Counted from the whole stretch's first letter, positions 37,559-50,790 are shown. The stretch is 63,523 nt of DNA, filler included, from Choristocarpus tenellus KU-1152 (GCA_964200185.2; 11 parts of 11 records of this genome joined end to end with filler, not necessarily neighbours in it); one strand, 5' to 3'. Notes: generated by a model from the letters alone, not told the origin. Numbers and translations: made by a program.

Positions 37559-40076
37559 GTGAGTGGATAAGTGACATCGTATATATCCAGGGAACTGTAT
37601 ACCTTTGTGTCTAGAAACTATGCCTTTTCATCATCGCATGCAAGAAGTGTGTGTGTTTTTTTGTGATAAGAAGATTAAGTCACAAGATACTTTCAGTCTG
37701 CTCGGTAATGATGAAACACGTACATGGACGGAAAAATAAATTAAATCTAAGCCCTAGTCCTAACTGTACCATAAACTACACTATAATATGTAATGTGATG
37801 GTTGCCGCTGAGTGGTGTCCGAAAATTACATTTGAGCACCAAGATCAACATTAACGTACAAGAACTCCTTACAGTATTCATACCGAACCCTTCCTCCCCA
37901 CACCACATGACAAAATCTAACAAACAAGGAAACTGACCTCGATAAGCAAGGTTCGAAGTACAGCATGCAGACGTGGCGTCATTCTGTGCTTATTCTCACA
38001 TAGCACAGTGGTCTCCCTCTCAGGGCAGGGGCCACTGCTGTAGCACCACCCTCATGCCGCATTTTCATTTTTTATGTTCTTGTACTGTAGATTTTTTAAT
38101 GACTAACAACATGGCACCCTCTTCTATTGAAAATTATGTAAATTTTAATGCGTTTATGCCATTCTTTAAGTTGACTGTACTGCGCTTTTTCCTTTCATTA
38201 AAAAATATATCTATTAGTGATCTGACAAGTGAGATGTCAGATGGAATGCACTACTCTCTGTAAGGAAGTGAACCAACAGATACACAAGGAAACCACCGCT
38301 TTGGAAATTTAATGGTATGAAGTATTGAATGTGCATCACATACATAGGTTGTTTACTATTTTGCTGCTCCTCAAGGTGTATTGGAGTTTGGGATTTTACG
38401 AGGTGGAAGGCATGGTGCAGGAGGGCCTGATGACACCATTTGAATGACATTATTGTCGATTTCATACTGGGACAGTCTGGAATGTAACATGACCTGCTTC
38501 TCTTTGGATTGGAGCAATGTGTTTCCCTTGGAGTTGAAATATGTATGGTTGCCCATTGCTGCCATTGCTTAAGGTAGCCATGGGACCGAGCTGGACTGAG
38601 ATTGAATGCTCAGCATATCAGCTCACATGACTCTCAACCAGGATGATTCGCCTTGAATCTATTTTGCTAGATCATTATTCCTTTTGTTTTATACCTTGGA
38701 GAGTTGTTGGGCTGGACGCATCGTTCCAAGCATGTGATTCTAACTCCACTGCCTACGCTAGAAATACCTCGCCCTCCCCAGGTGATGACCAAAACGTTTA
38801 CCTTGGCCTTTCGTCTTGATTAGCTTGTCCCCTACTCACTCATGCCGACGTCATACTACCAAAACTAACTCACTATCTTAGCAGTTCCCAGTGTGATATC
38901 AAGTGTTGCGGTGGTGGTTTTATATCTGGACCCAAAGTATCTGGGGCGGGGGNNNNNNNNNNNNNNNNNNNNNNNNNNNNNNNNNNNNNNNNNNNNTTAA
39001 TTAATTAANNNNNNNNNNNNNNNNNNNNNNNNNNNNNNNNNNNNNNNNNNNNCTGCTTGGCTCGACATTGGGAGGAGTTGGGGTGTTTTCGAGCCGTGAC
39101 CTGGATTGGTTCACGAAGCTCTGTGCCTACGTTCCTCTTTGATTTGCTGTAGCGCCTTGTAGCGCCTTGTACACATGGTTGGTCAATGTCTCTAGAGGTG
39201 GTTTGTGCGCAGTGCAGGTTCTGCAGTGTACGTGGAAGACTGTCTCACTGTTGTGTAAACTCCAGTACCAAAGATGTTTTTCGCACCATGTACCCTGCCT
39301 CTCCGTCTTGTTACTATTCCTGTTGATACTATTATTAGCGCCGTTTTGACCCGCATACTTGTAGTAGGTCCTACTAACCCTAACTTGTGGTAGAAGCACT
39401 AATAGTGGATGGGTAAGCCCGCAAGATGACCCAACCCTGGAGGGTCTGGGATCACTGTTGACGGATGGAGTTCAAGAAAACAGAGCAGCAAACCAACACA
39501 GACAGGTAGGCGCTGGTGTGTGGATGATGGAACAAAGATCTTGTTCATAGAGGAAGGAGTAGCATGCTGGAGAACATGTGGCAGCTGGCGTACATAGTGC
39601 TAAAGCATCAGCTAAGGCAGTCCAAGCATATCAAGGCAGATGCACATCCACAACTGCCTCCTCCTGGGTGTTTTCTCATCGGTTTCTATCATTTTGGGTT
39701 GATCATACCTACATCCCCCTTTCCTCTGAGCGGTATGTGATGAGTGTTCAGATTGGATGGACCAGATGTGGCACTGACTGTTCTTCTCCTCCTTTCCCCG
39801 TCGATCTGGCGATATTGACAAAGTTGATTACTCCTGTTCCCGGATGATCTATTATGGGGTGGTTGTGTGCTTAGTGGCAGTCTACTCCATTTCTCAGATC
39901 GATACCTTTCTCCTTTTTTTTATTTTCCAGTGTCTTGTGTTTTCGCAAGATTGTTCATTATTTTCTTATAACTACCTCTCAACCAAGGGTCGGGAACCCC
40001 TCAAACAAATGTAATAATACCACAAGTATAATAATAATAATATTAATATCCATATACTACGACTAACACTAATTAT

Positions 40077-40347
40077 GAGCCAAACAAATTGAGACGTAGG
40101 TAGGGTTGTATTTCAAGCATCCCGAGAAGGGGCAAAAATAAATATGTCATTTTGTACAATTGCAGAAAGAGGCTTTGCTTAAATGTGATACCAATTTTTG
40201 TGTGGATAGGGCAGGTAGTAATATGCGTAAAATAATTTGCTATATTATATAGCAATGAAATAGAGTGTACTGGAGAGGGTAACAGTAACAAAGATAGTCT
40301 AGAATACAAAAGGGTCCAACCTGCCTACCTCTCGATTGGTTTGGCTC
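40077..40347 (+). mobile_element. MITE family C, full length (~30-bp TIRs, GAG...CTC termini)
   Basis: Left end GAGCCAAACAAATTGAGACGTAGGTAGGGT; right end ACCTGCCTACCTCTCGATTGGTTTGGCTC. Homologous copies at ~46563-46819 and, partially, ~45464-45552. Confidence 0.8.
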
Positions 40348-42482
40348 AATATTACAATAGCTGAACTTTACAATGGCTTGTTGTGGGGTTGACTCCCAGA
40401 AGAGAGTAGCGGACTCACTCGTACTCAGGCCATCCAACTGAAATGCATACCTAAAAATAGGAGAGAGAGTTGTTGGATTGCTTGTGAATGCTTCCTTTCA
40501 TGAATTGAGAAGTGGAGTAGTTTGATTTAATCTCACTCCTGCACACGCAACGATTCTTACTTGAATGATCATCATTTTCGATTCAGTACTAATACTATTA
40601 ATCCTCTTGCCTTATATCCAGTCGGAGTTTGTTCCTCGCCACCTTGAATAATAATATTATAGTCATCATGGTAGTCACATCACATTTTGTTGGCATTGCA
40701 TGTTTGTGCAAGGCAGTAGTAGTAGCTTTGAGGCCAAGGTTGATGTCGTTACAGTTCTCTGCTGTAGCTCTAAAACAATCAGCTATCTTATCTTAGAAGG
40801 GGGTGCTTTAAAGTATTTTGTCAGGAGGGCGGAAGTTTGTTTCCTCTTCTTCTACAGCCACAACCGCCTCCCCATACCTTGAGCACGAGAAATGGGTTGT
40901 CCAGGAGCAAAATTGAGAGTCCCGAAATACTCATCAATGGTGGTCAAAATGGACCCCCCCTTACATAGGATACAGTATCCCAACACGAACATAAAAGCAC
41001 ACTGCATTATTCTCCCTTTCACTATGACACAATATTATGGTTTGTGGTAGTTGGTCATACACTTAGCTCCCGCCACCTAACCTACTACTGCCTGGCTGAA
41101 AACCTTAATTCTTGTCTTCCGACAATCTAACACCTAGCCAGTCTTTGCTACACTATCACAACATGCAGCAGTAGTACCCACCACTATTTTAGGCCGTACT
41201 ACATACAACAAACCAGAGTTTCCTCACAGCGAAAAAACCCCAACATATCCCCCTTCTTGTTACTTGTATTTTCAATCACTATCACATCGCCACCAACAAC
41301 TGTCCCAGTCTGTAAGCAGCCAGTCGTCTTACCTGTTGTCAGATAATCAAGAGGGGGCTATTCTAGTCAACACCAACAAGAGGCATAGAAGCCTTGAACA
41401 CGCATGTCCTCCCTCCCTCCTACATTTTATTTGCTTACCCACCTTTCATTCCATTCACCATCCACCTTCCTCTTTTTCCCAAAACACTACCTGGTCGGGG
41501 TAAAGACCTACAGACAAGCAGGTTGCTGCACAACAGCTATGGTCAGCATGTACACCTATCTTAACACCAACGCTATCACTTGGCTGGCAGTCAATGCACA
41601 AACCCATCTCCCTATTATAAATTGCTCAAATGAACTACTACTGCCATCATGCTGCCACTACAAGCTGGACGAGATGGATGTTGGACACAAAACTCCCACC
41701 ATTATCTCACCCAGTTCGACCACCCTATCAAGACATACTATGCAACCCACATACCACCACCACAGAGCATGATACAACCAACAGACACAAACAAACAAAC
41801 AAACACATAAGAGCGCTTGCTTTGCCTTGCTTTGCTTAAAGCTACTCAATTGTATCCAAAATCAACAACATGTAGGCCTACCCCCAACACACTGGCAAAA
41901 AAAGAAAATAAGGTTTCATATTCCACAGCACTTTACCACGGTTTTCCCACTCTTTCTACCGATCTTTGAGACATAGATCTCATCAACCGCAGCACCCCCC
42001 ACCCCCTCCAAAAAAAACACCCGATAGCTTTTTTCATCTCATCGCACAGTCAATATAAACTGCGGCTATCTCCTTCCACTCCCTCCAACCCGGCTTCATT
42101 CTCGATCAAACTCCACAAACAGGACCGATTCCCATTCCAAACATACTCACACCACAGGAAGAGAGGATTAGAGTCTACCCAACAAGGAGCTCAGCCTGCA
42201 GTCCATAATGATGTGTGGTATATTGCTTTCACTAAAAACATTTATCACTATCACAATCACACAATAAAATTTCTTGGCTCTTGTCATGGCCAGCCCCCAA
42301 CCCACCCTCCCCCCACCATTGACACCCAACCACACGGACACAGCCATCCTTCCGATGCAAAGTCTATACTGTAGTCATACGAAGTCATCTCATTGACACA
42401 GGCTCTTGACACATCAGAGCAGCCAGCTGTTACCCCCACCAACAAAAGACATTATATTGACTGCCCAACACAACCTGTACAT

Positions 42483-42513
<31 letters not shown>

Positions 42514-43315
42514 CCGGAGAGGCCCCCCTTTTAAACCCCTCACCCCCCAAAATCCTGTTGCCGCCCTCTCCTTTAAAAAAAAANNNNNNNNNNNNNNNNN
42601 NNNNNNNNNNNNNNNNNNNNNNNNNNNTTAATTAATTAANNNNNNNNNNNNNNNNNNNNNNNNNNNNNNNNNNNNNNNNNNNNCCCTCCCCCCTCCCAGA
42701 TACTTTGGGTTTTTTCTTTGTGAATCAATGGAGGCGCACCATTGCCCCACCAGCACTATATTTAACGTTCCAGTCTTGTCAGCTTGAGGGTGTGACTACG
42801 AAAAACCTGTTGAAGATATAGACTGTTCTGACTTTTGAGTAATGGTTTTACATTGGTTTTTCCCATGACACATCTGCGAGATGTCATAGTAGGGCATAGT
42901 AATAAAATATAGTTGAAAGCTTATCGCCCTGTAGAGTAGGGCTAAGCTAGGTTGGAGGCATAGCAGCAGTGTACACATCACATTGTAATTACGAGCTTTA
43001 ATGGGAGTGGTGTGCTTTAGCTGGAAGTCAAATAGTAAATAGATTTTGGAGAGATAACTTTTGCCTTTGCGAAAACTGATACTTTTACAGGGGTCCTTAC
43101 GCTGTTGACTTGGCTTTTTCCCTGAAATATCTACAAAACTCCCAAATGTCAAGGCGTAATAATATAATATAAAAACATATTGTTAGAATTAGTTGTACAG
43201 TTCAGGGTAATTACATAGGGTTATGTCGCTCAACCTCCGATTTATTACTCGGCGAAATTCCAGAATTTTCTGGATGATTAGTAGGGAGGATATCAGGCTA
43301 CAGTGTTGGCAGTTG

Positions 43316-43636
43316 CATTTAGGATGAGACCAGTCTTGATTTTTTTTAAAGGGTTGACGATGAGCATATCAGATGAAAGCTCTGGATCTAAGCTATCACT
43401 GGTGCAAAGGAATCTTTTCATGATTTTTTTTTGGTAAGGTTATATTTTAGCCGAATGGTTTCGGCACAACCTTGTATATGTTCTGGAATCAATTATCACG
43501 ACCAAACATATTTTCCGAAAGAATTCCTTTACACCAGTGATAGCTTAGATCCAGAGCTTTCATTTGATATGCTCAATGTTGTTTAACTTGTTGGCCAACA
43601 CGTTCAAAAAAATCAAGATTGGTCGCCACCAAAATG
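43316..43636. repeat. Long fold-back inverted repeat
   Basis: Arms 43361-43419 and 43517-43575 are near-perfect reverse complements (TGAGCATATCA.ATGAAAGCTCTGGATCTAAGCTATCACTGGTG.AAAGGAAT). Weaker outer arms reach 43316 and 43636. Confidence 0.85.
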
Positions 43637-43678
43637 GTACGTGGGCTAACCTCGGCTTAATACTGTTTAAGCCACTCA

Positions 43679-44017
43679 CAGGACACGATTCTGGTTGAGC
43701 TTCTCGGAGAAGACTGCTTGATGCTTCCAAAGTACCACTGAGAATTGAACCCGATAGAGATAGCATGGGGGCGAGCGAAGCACTATGTACGAGGCCATTG
43801 TGACTACACGTTGCCTGGAATGAGAGCCAACATTCCCGTCAGTCTTAAGGATAAAGGGGGGTTGTCCAGAGTAATTGTGAAGAGATTCTTCAGGTTGAGT
43901 ATTGCTTACCACCTCATACATTCCAACGAGAAAGGCATGAAGTAAACCAAAATAGACAGGGTGTACAAGACATTTACGTCTCACAGGAGGCTTGCACCTT
44001 CAGAATACCTCGTTTGA
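43679..44017 (+). pseudogene. DDE_3 (Tc1/IS630-like) transposase C-terminal fragment
   Basis: CLMLPKYH*ELNPIEIAWGRAKHYVRGHCDYTLPGMRANIP...YKTFTSHRR, matching the LPKxHCELNPIExxW motif. In-frame stops at 43739 and 43943. Confidence 0.85.
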
Positions 44018-46562
44018 CTTGGCATGTATTGTGTGGGTCACAGGTCTGGACCCCCATGAGTGAGCCTTAGCCAGCAGGTGACAACATCGCATAGACGGGA
44101 AATAATGGAAAGAGAATGGAGAGACATCAACGCCCATGTTCTCCAGGTGAAAATTGCCTCTTCTGGCGTCAAAATCATCCTTAAATGCGTGGTTCGCGCG
44201 AGGACTACTTGATGTAAGTATGGTCGTATATTTCTCCCGATTACTGCATATTGACCATGCCTAGACCAAAAAAATCGTTGTTGATCAAAAGTTATGGCAC
44301 GACAAAGTTGATGCAGGAGGCGACTGCCAACACTATTATTTAACTATTCATTTGTTTTTCCTCTAACGTATCTCCAAAATGTCCGAAGGCATAATAATAT
44401 AATACTATTAAAACATGCATTTATAATGCTGCATTGACCCTTCATGTTGGTGTTGGTGAATACTACTTTATATAACCAATTTGTTGGTACACCTAAGTTA
44501 CCTGGCAAATATCTAACCTGTTGAGGATACATGGATATGTGACATCGTAGACATCATCGTGATCTGGCTGGGAACTTAAACTCTGCCCATTGGTCACTGT
44601 CAACATCTACCCATTGCCCACCGCCAGCATTCTCAGACGTATAATGTTTGGATCCTTCGTTGATTCGCCCATGAGATCACTCCCTTCAACAAGGGACGAG
44701 GTGCCTTCGAGCGATGGTCTCATACCACCCCAGCTAACCTCTCTACCTTGGAAAATACTTCTGCATCCGCTAGCACCCTTGGGTCGTTTGGCACAAAAAG
44801 GGACCTAAATGTCTTGCCACCCTCACTTCCAACTACCGTTTTTCGTCCTGGAGAGCACATCCCTCAGCATCCATGGTAGTATCAGGATACAGACAGCTAC
44901 TACTCCCCCGTTTTCAGAAGTTATACTGGAGAGGTGATACCCTTCGTTATGTGACCAAAGTGGTGTAGTTCTACTGAGGCTTCCGGCCTCCGTGTCAGCC
45001 ATCAAACCGCCTGCTCTCACCATGCAAACCTTAACGAGAGGGCAGGAAGAGGAAATGCACGGTAGACGGCGGAAAGCCAGAAGAGGTTTAACGGCAGTTT
45101 TCCATGTTCCCAATGCACTGTTAGACCATCTACTTTGACATAAATATGCACATAGAGAGTTATGCAGTTGGATTGAAACATCATGGTATGTGATGGCCAG
45201 GAGAGAATCGGCGCTTTTAAGATAAAAACATTTTCACGGGTAGGTAGACAATTAATTCCAATAAATTCCAGCTTTCCACTGGCTTGGAAAACAGGAGTCA
45301 ACAAAGCGTACTTCTGACAGTACAAGTAATTGTTATATATATATATACCGTCAATAGGTTTTCCCTTAGTCATACCCCATCGCTAACTAAACCAAAACCC
45401 TATTTCAAACACTGAGGAGGGCACTAACTAAACCTGATTGATCCTCAACATGCTGCATGTGAGTTAAGCCAACTGCGAGGTAGGCAGGGTTACATTATAT
45501 GGATCCCGAGAAAGGGCAAAAGATGCAATTTTGTACAACTGTAGAAAGAGCCTTTTTCCAGCAATATGTCCTGGAGGGAGAGAGATTGTAGACTTTGTTA
45601 AATCTTGTACCTGAACCCGTAGTTCTATCCTGAAAATGCATGTATGTTCTGTTTGTCTGTCGTGACTGCCGCAGATCAAAACCTCTGGATACAGGCATAG
45701 TTATGTGGTGGGATGTATGAAGATGATTGGAAAGGACAAAAGAAGACTCTCCCACCGATACCTACTTCAAAATATAGTTCAAGAATACTCCACTTCCCGG
45801 ATACTTTGACTCTCTAGTATAAACAATGGTCTTTTTATTATGTCCAGGGTCATTCGTCGTGAACCTCACCTCTGGCTCCTTATCCCCAAGGGGTTGACCG
45901 CTGATCCCTTGACCCTCCTCCTCAACCCTCTGGGTCTTCGGAAGGAATTGATTGAGGTACACTGTTCGCAGCACGACGGCATTGTTATAATTGATGCTGA
46001 CTGAGAGTCGGTACGAGTACATCAATGCACTCCCCTTTTCCTTTTTCTGAAGAAATAAAGAAGTAGGCAATAGAAAAAAGAGGCAAGGTTTTACAATGTT
46101 TTGGAAGAAGCGATTGTTTCTAATGAGTGGTCTTTACTGGTGATTAACAGTGGGAGATGTCAGCATGCACTGAGTCAAAGAAGGCGAGGGGAATACCAGG
46201 CTTTGGCTGTTTTGCAATTCAAGTCAGTTTTACGTTTTTTTGTATTTTACCCATGTTTCTACGGATAAACTCTTAAGTTTGGGTTAAGATTGTTGATTTC
46301 TCTATTGTTTGATACTTTTGACATGATGCAGAAAACATCCTTCACGCATCTGAAAAAAAGCCGAATTTTACACATATTTTTCAGCATTCTTATAGTGCAA
46401 CTCCGGGTAGCTCTCATATACTCTGACTCTCTTGGCCAAAGGAGCGACCATTACTTAGTCTTACCGAGTCAATAACTATCGAGGCGCTTCACTCGTTTCT
46501 GAGAGTGTCGCAAAATCCCTCCTCCCAACCAGAACTAGCACCTGCGAATCATTAGAATAGTC

Positions 46563-46819
46563 GCAATCAAACAATTTGAGAGGTAGACAGGGTTATATTT
46601 TAAGAATCCCGAGAAAGGGAAAAAATATGTCATTTTGTATAATTGAAGAAAGAGCATTTGCTGAATTGGGGTGTGAATTTGTGTGTGGGAAGGGGGAATA
46701 TCAACTTTGCGTACACTGTTGTGCATAAAAGCAATTAAATAGTGTATTGCACAGGATAAGAAAGATTGATTAGAATGCAGAAGGGTCCAAACCTGCCTAT
46801 CCCTCAATTGGTTTGGCTC
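46563..46819 (+). mobile_element. MITE family C copy
   Basis: Colinear with 40077-40347 (ATCCCGAGAA.GGG.AAAAA..ATGTCATTTTGTA.AATTG; AGGGTCCAAACCTGCCTATCCCTCAATTGGTTTGGCTC). Confidence 0.75.
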
Positions 46820-47204
46820 ATAATTACACTCTCTAATATTTTGTAGATGTGTCAGGGGAATGAGAAAGCAAAATCAAGGGGACAAGAATATATTATACAA
46901 TAAAAAGTGGTCAATAAAAAAAAGTAAACGAACTGTTACTACTACTTCCACACAACAGGGTCCCCTGGGAGATTGTTCCTTATCAACCAATATTGTTTAA
47001 ACTACGGCCATGCCTCCAGCCTAGCCTTAGAAACACTTGAAGTTGGGCGAGGAGCGAGAGAATAAATCCAAGAAGAATATGTAAGGCCACTTTGTGGCCA
47101 CTGGCCAGGTGTCTCCAGCCAGGTTGAAGCGCATGTCCCTCCTCGAAATAACTACTTATGCGGTTAGTTATATTTACTATCTGTCGCAAACGGGGCTTGA
47201 CAGT

Positions 47205-47381
47205 GACCCAAAGTATCTTAGGGGGGGGGGGTCTATACCGGGGTGTCCATTTTGCCCCAAATCAGGAAAAGTGCTTTTAGATTATCCATCCGACGTATGC
47301 AACCAAATCACCCCAAAATCGCGACATGAAAGAATTGACCCCAAATGGACAGACGCCACCCCCCCTCAGATATTCTAAGCC
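47205..47381 (+). mobile_element. MITE family A, full length (~180 bp)
   Basis: GACCCAAAGTATCTTAG(G)n...(C)nTCAGATATTCT; colinear with 51442-51622. Confidence 0.8.
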
Positions 47382-47963
47382 TGACAAGTAGGGATCTACC
47401 ACACACCACTAATGTTCTGTTCTGATTGTCTTCGAGTTCTACACATTAGTTCAACAAAATCCCACTAAATCTGTAGTTACTACTTAGTAGTTCGAGACGA
47501 TAGCGTTGCTTGATATCTCTACTTTTCGCACATAAAATCTGTTAGAGAAATAGTTGAATACTGCACAAAGTCGAGCAAACAATGGTTTTCGTGAGTGACT
47601 GCATTTGAGGCAATTGACTGAGAGCACACGTCCTGATACTATAGGATGCCTTCAACAATGGCAGGTACTGGTGGAGCGGCAGAACCTACCAATATTTGAT
47701 GTGATCATCCAGCTCAGCAGAGGAAGGTTTGACGAGTGGTCGGTTGTTAAGAACGTATCCAAAGCTGTGGATTCCATATTGAAGACTGGAACATACAAAC
47801 ATGAGAGGAGGCTCAAATTGCCAGGAAACTGTGAGGTGAATTTCCTCCTGAAACACATTTGCTTCCATTTTTGCCTTCAATGCGTAGAGGAGGTGGCATA
47901 TTGGCCAGGCCCCAGAAGAAATAATTGGACATGTCATAGTCTTCTCTACTTGAAGTCCTTTCT

Positions 47964-48056
47964 GTGAAAGTTATGCTTTGTTGGTCCGTGAAAGTTATGC
48001 TTTGTTGGTCCGTGAAAGTTATGCTTTGTTGGTCCGTGAAAGTTATGCTTTGTTGG
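47964..48056. repeat. 24-bp perfect tandem repeat, about 3.9 copies
   Basis: GTGAAAGTTATGCTTTGTTGGTCC starts at 47964, 47988, 48012 and 48036 (last copy partial). Confidence 0.95.
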
Positions 48057-48805
48057 GGGGACTTGCCTGGTGGCATTTCTTTATTTCTTACCTTATCTTT
48101 TTCAGTTCTTCCATACTTTAATTTGTGCATGTATCCAATGACGTATGTTTTCCACTCCCTTCTATTTTCCGTTTTTTTTACACCGTTAGTGCATTTTCGA
48201 CTTCCTATTTTTTCTATTCTCCCTTTTGATTGGCTCTATAATCACCCGAACATGTTGTGCGTTGCTACTTCTCCATGACACACCTTTCAATTTTTTGAGG
48301 ATCATAGCACCATGCATGGGCTACTTGTGGGCAAATCAATCAATCAACCAATAACAGCAGATTTCAAAAATTGAGAGTGGAGCTTTTCATTGAGGATGGA
48401 CTTGACCCAAAATTGACTGGGANNNNNNNNNNNNNNNNNNNNNNNNNNNNNNNNNNNNNNNNNNNNTTAATTAATTAANNNNNNNNNNNNNNNNNNNNNN
48501 NNNNNNNNNNNNNNNNNNNNNNGAGGTTGAGGCGTGGGGGAGGTGGGGGAGAAGATTGAGGGTTTCAGGCAACACCGTCGATAAAACAATCAAGGATGCT
48601 TTTTATTGCACGTCTGTGGTTAACTACACATACATACTACATGGTTACCCGAAATCAATAAGTTGGTTGACAGGGTATCTAAACGCAGGATAACTATCTC
48701 AACTTAGGTTGAAGAGCAGGACACAGAGAAATTTCACAACAGCTGTAACCCAACTAGAGGAGGAGTAGAGCGCAACCATCCCACCAATATCGACAGCTCT
48801 CTCAC

Positions 48806-50026
48806 CTTTTTCTACATTTTGCGGATCTCTACAGTGACACTTCTTTTTTCTTCGTCTGTCGCTTGATAGCTTCTTGGAGCTCGTGCTGAAAATATATCTT
48901 ATCGTATAGCGTGAGCTCAACCACACTCTCGGTCGCGTCGTTGAATGCTATAAGCATGGCGGTGCAGTGGGCGAATGGGAGAAGGGTTAGGTGGGGAGCG
49001 GTCGCGGGACACACGCGGCCTGCGGCACTGAGCAACATGTTGCTGTGGACAGGAAGACCACGAGGGATAAAAAAGATGAGCAACGAAAATATCCACAATG
49101 GGCTGACTGACGATGAACCAAGCAAAGGAAACTCGGCAACAACTTCGTACATCAGAATAGTCATCAGGCGATCATGGAACAACGTGATGATTATAAACTT
49201 ATTTTGTTGCTTACTTGACGGTAATAGTCATCAGGCGATCATGGATCAACGAAAACGCTCAACTTACTTTGTTGCTTAGTTGATCAGAATGGTCAGGTGA
49301 TCATGGAACAACGTGATGATTATAAATTACTTTGTTGCTTACTTGATGGTAATAGTCATCAGGCGAACATGGATCAATGAACACACTCAACTTACTTTGT
49401 TGCTTAGTTGATCAGAATAGTCAGGCGATCATGGAACAACGTGATGATTATCAACTTACTTCGTTGCTTACTTGATGGTAATAGTCATCAGGCGAACATG
49501 GATCAACGAAAATACTCAACTTACTTTGTTGCTTATATGATCAGAATGGTCAGGCGATCATGGAACAACGAAAACACTCCATCACCCACCGTTGGCAATT
49601 AGCCTCTCTTCTGCTTGGTTGAACTCCATGTAGATCCGCATGGTGAAAGCGCGTTCGGGATCAAAATCTCTCTTCAGCACCGTTATTCTATGGTTTCCGT
49701 CCAGTGTACGTCCGTGAATGGCAAGCACAGTTTCGGCGTTGAGCTGGTCCCCATTACCTAAACAGTCTCGCTGGATGACAACACTTGGAGCAAACTGCTC
49801 GAGCCAGCCTTTCTCCTGTGTAGACTTGCTCACGCGCAAGGCCACGCTCGCTTAAAGGACGCACCATCTCTGTGCATGTGATGTTTGTGAGTTTCATCTT
49901 GTACGTGCCGAGGTAGTGATGCTCTAGGAGCTGGGACATGCCCTTCAGATTGCTGTCCCACGTTCTCGATCCGTGGACAGCGCCATTGGCGGGCGGGTGG
50001 GTTGTTGTTGAGGGAATGCTGGACAT
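48806..50026 (-). pseudogene. Spliced ParB/sulfiredoxin-like N-terminal-domain gene with frameshift(s)
   Basis: Exon 1 50026-49590: ...MVRPLSERG / frameshift ~49842 / LRVSKSTQEKGWLEQFAPSVVI...RTLDGNHRITVLKR...EERLIAN, then phase-1 donor GTGGGT. Acceptor TATAG at 48948. Exon 2 from 48947: AFNDATESVVELTLYDKIYFQHELQEAIK, stop at 48829, donor-like GTGAGA at 48805. The motif order R...S...G.L..P.V...DG.HR...N follows the ParB/Srx pattern. Confidence 0.62.
49151..49577. repeat. Dimeric tandem array, ~129-bp period, ~3.3 copies, each made of two related ~65-bp halves
   Basis: ATCAGAAT units start at 49151, 49283, 49411 and 49540. The halves share AATAGTCA..GGCGATCATGGA.CAACG and CTTTGTTGCTTA. Confidence 0.9.
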
Positions 50027-50790
50027 GGCCAAGATTGGGAGGGTGTGATGGGGATGGATAAGTAAGAGGTCTGCGTGGTATGTACGGAAGGGAATGAATT
50101 GAAATGAGTACCGGGGGATGGGAGGCGCTGTTTTATTTCATCTGGTCTGTCAGTCCTCAAAACTCACGAAATACGAATATCAAACAGCATACGATTTCAT
50201 ATTGAAATGAGACAGAGAGTAGCTTTTTTTTTGTGACCTTTTCGTTTCGTACGTTTCAAACGTATTGAATCAATGAAATATGTGGTTTGTATATGTATTT
50301 GTTGATGTAATGATTAGAATATCATTCTAATTTCGAAAAAACCCTAACGCACGTGTTTTGGGGGTTCAACGGTAAGCGGGATCCGGACGGATCTTTAATA
50401 CCATAGATCCGCTTTTTTGTCGTCTCTAGTGTTTTCAAGAATACTAAAGACGCCAAGAAGCGGATTTAGTATTTAAATAAATTGTGGGTACCAGTTGGAA
50501 GTGTCCTTTTAGTTTCTGAAAATTGGAAACGGGTGAGACCCATAAAGTGCTTTCTTGGTATTTTCAAAAACTGTAAGAACGGTTATTACCGGATTTACTA
50601 TTTCAAAAAATCCTAATGCACGTGTCTAGGGTGTTCACGAGTAAAACTGATCCGATCAGATCAGTTTTACTCAAAGAGCCACTTTCTTTCGCCTTTACAA
50701 TTTACGAGAATCCTTATGTCCAATTTGGTAAGATTTTGTACTTCAAATATGTAGAGGGTGCAAGATGTTTTTGGACGTTTTGGTTAGTGA

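Larger units (their letters stand above)
43301..44335 (+). mobile_element. Internally deleted Tc1/mariner-IS630-like DNA transposon
   Basis: Starts TA|CAGTGTTGGCAGT and ends ACTGCCAACACT (12-bp exact inverted match). Contains a DDE transposase C-terminal pseudogene. Confidence 0.6.

Noticed and set aside
45871-46047. Possible isolated minus-strand exon (KKEKGSALMYSY...DKEPE, donor GTGAGG)
   Set aside because: Splice sites are plausible, but there are no partner exons or recognisable homology in a TE-dominated contig.
47813-48278. ORFs with QQSITFTD or VKVMLCWS repeats
   Set aside because: They result from the stop-free 24-bp tandem repeat; no other coding evidence.
49151-49577. Possible CRISPR array
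   Set aside because: The intervening segments repeat in alternation rather than being unique spacers. There are no cas genes and the context is a eukaryotic intron.
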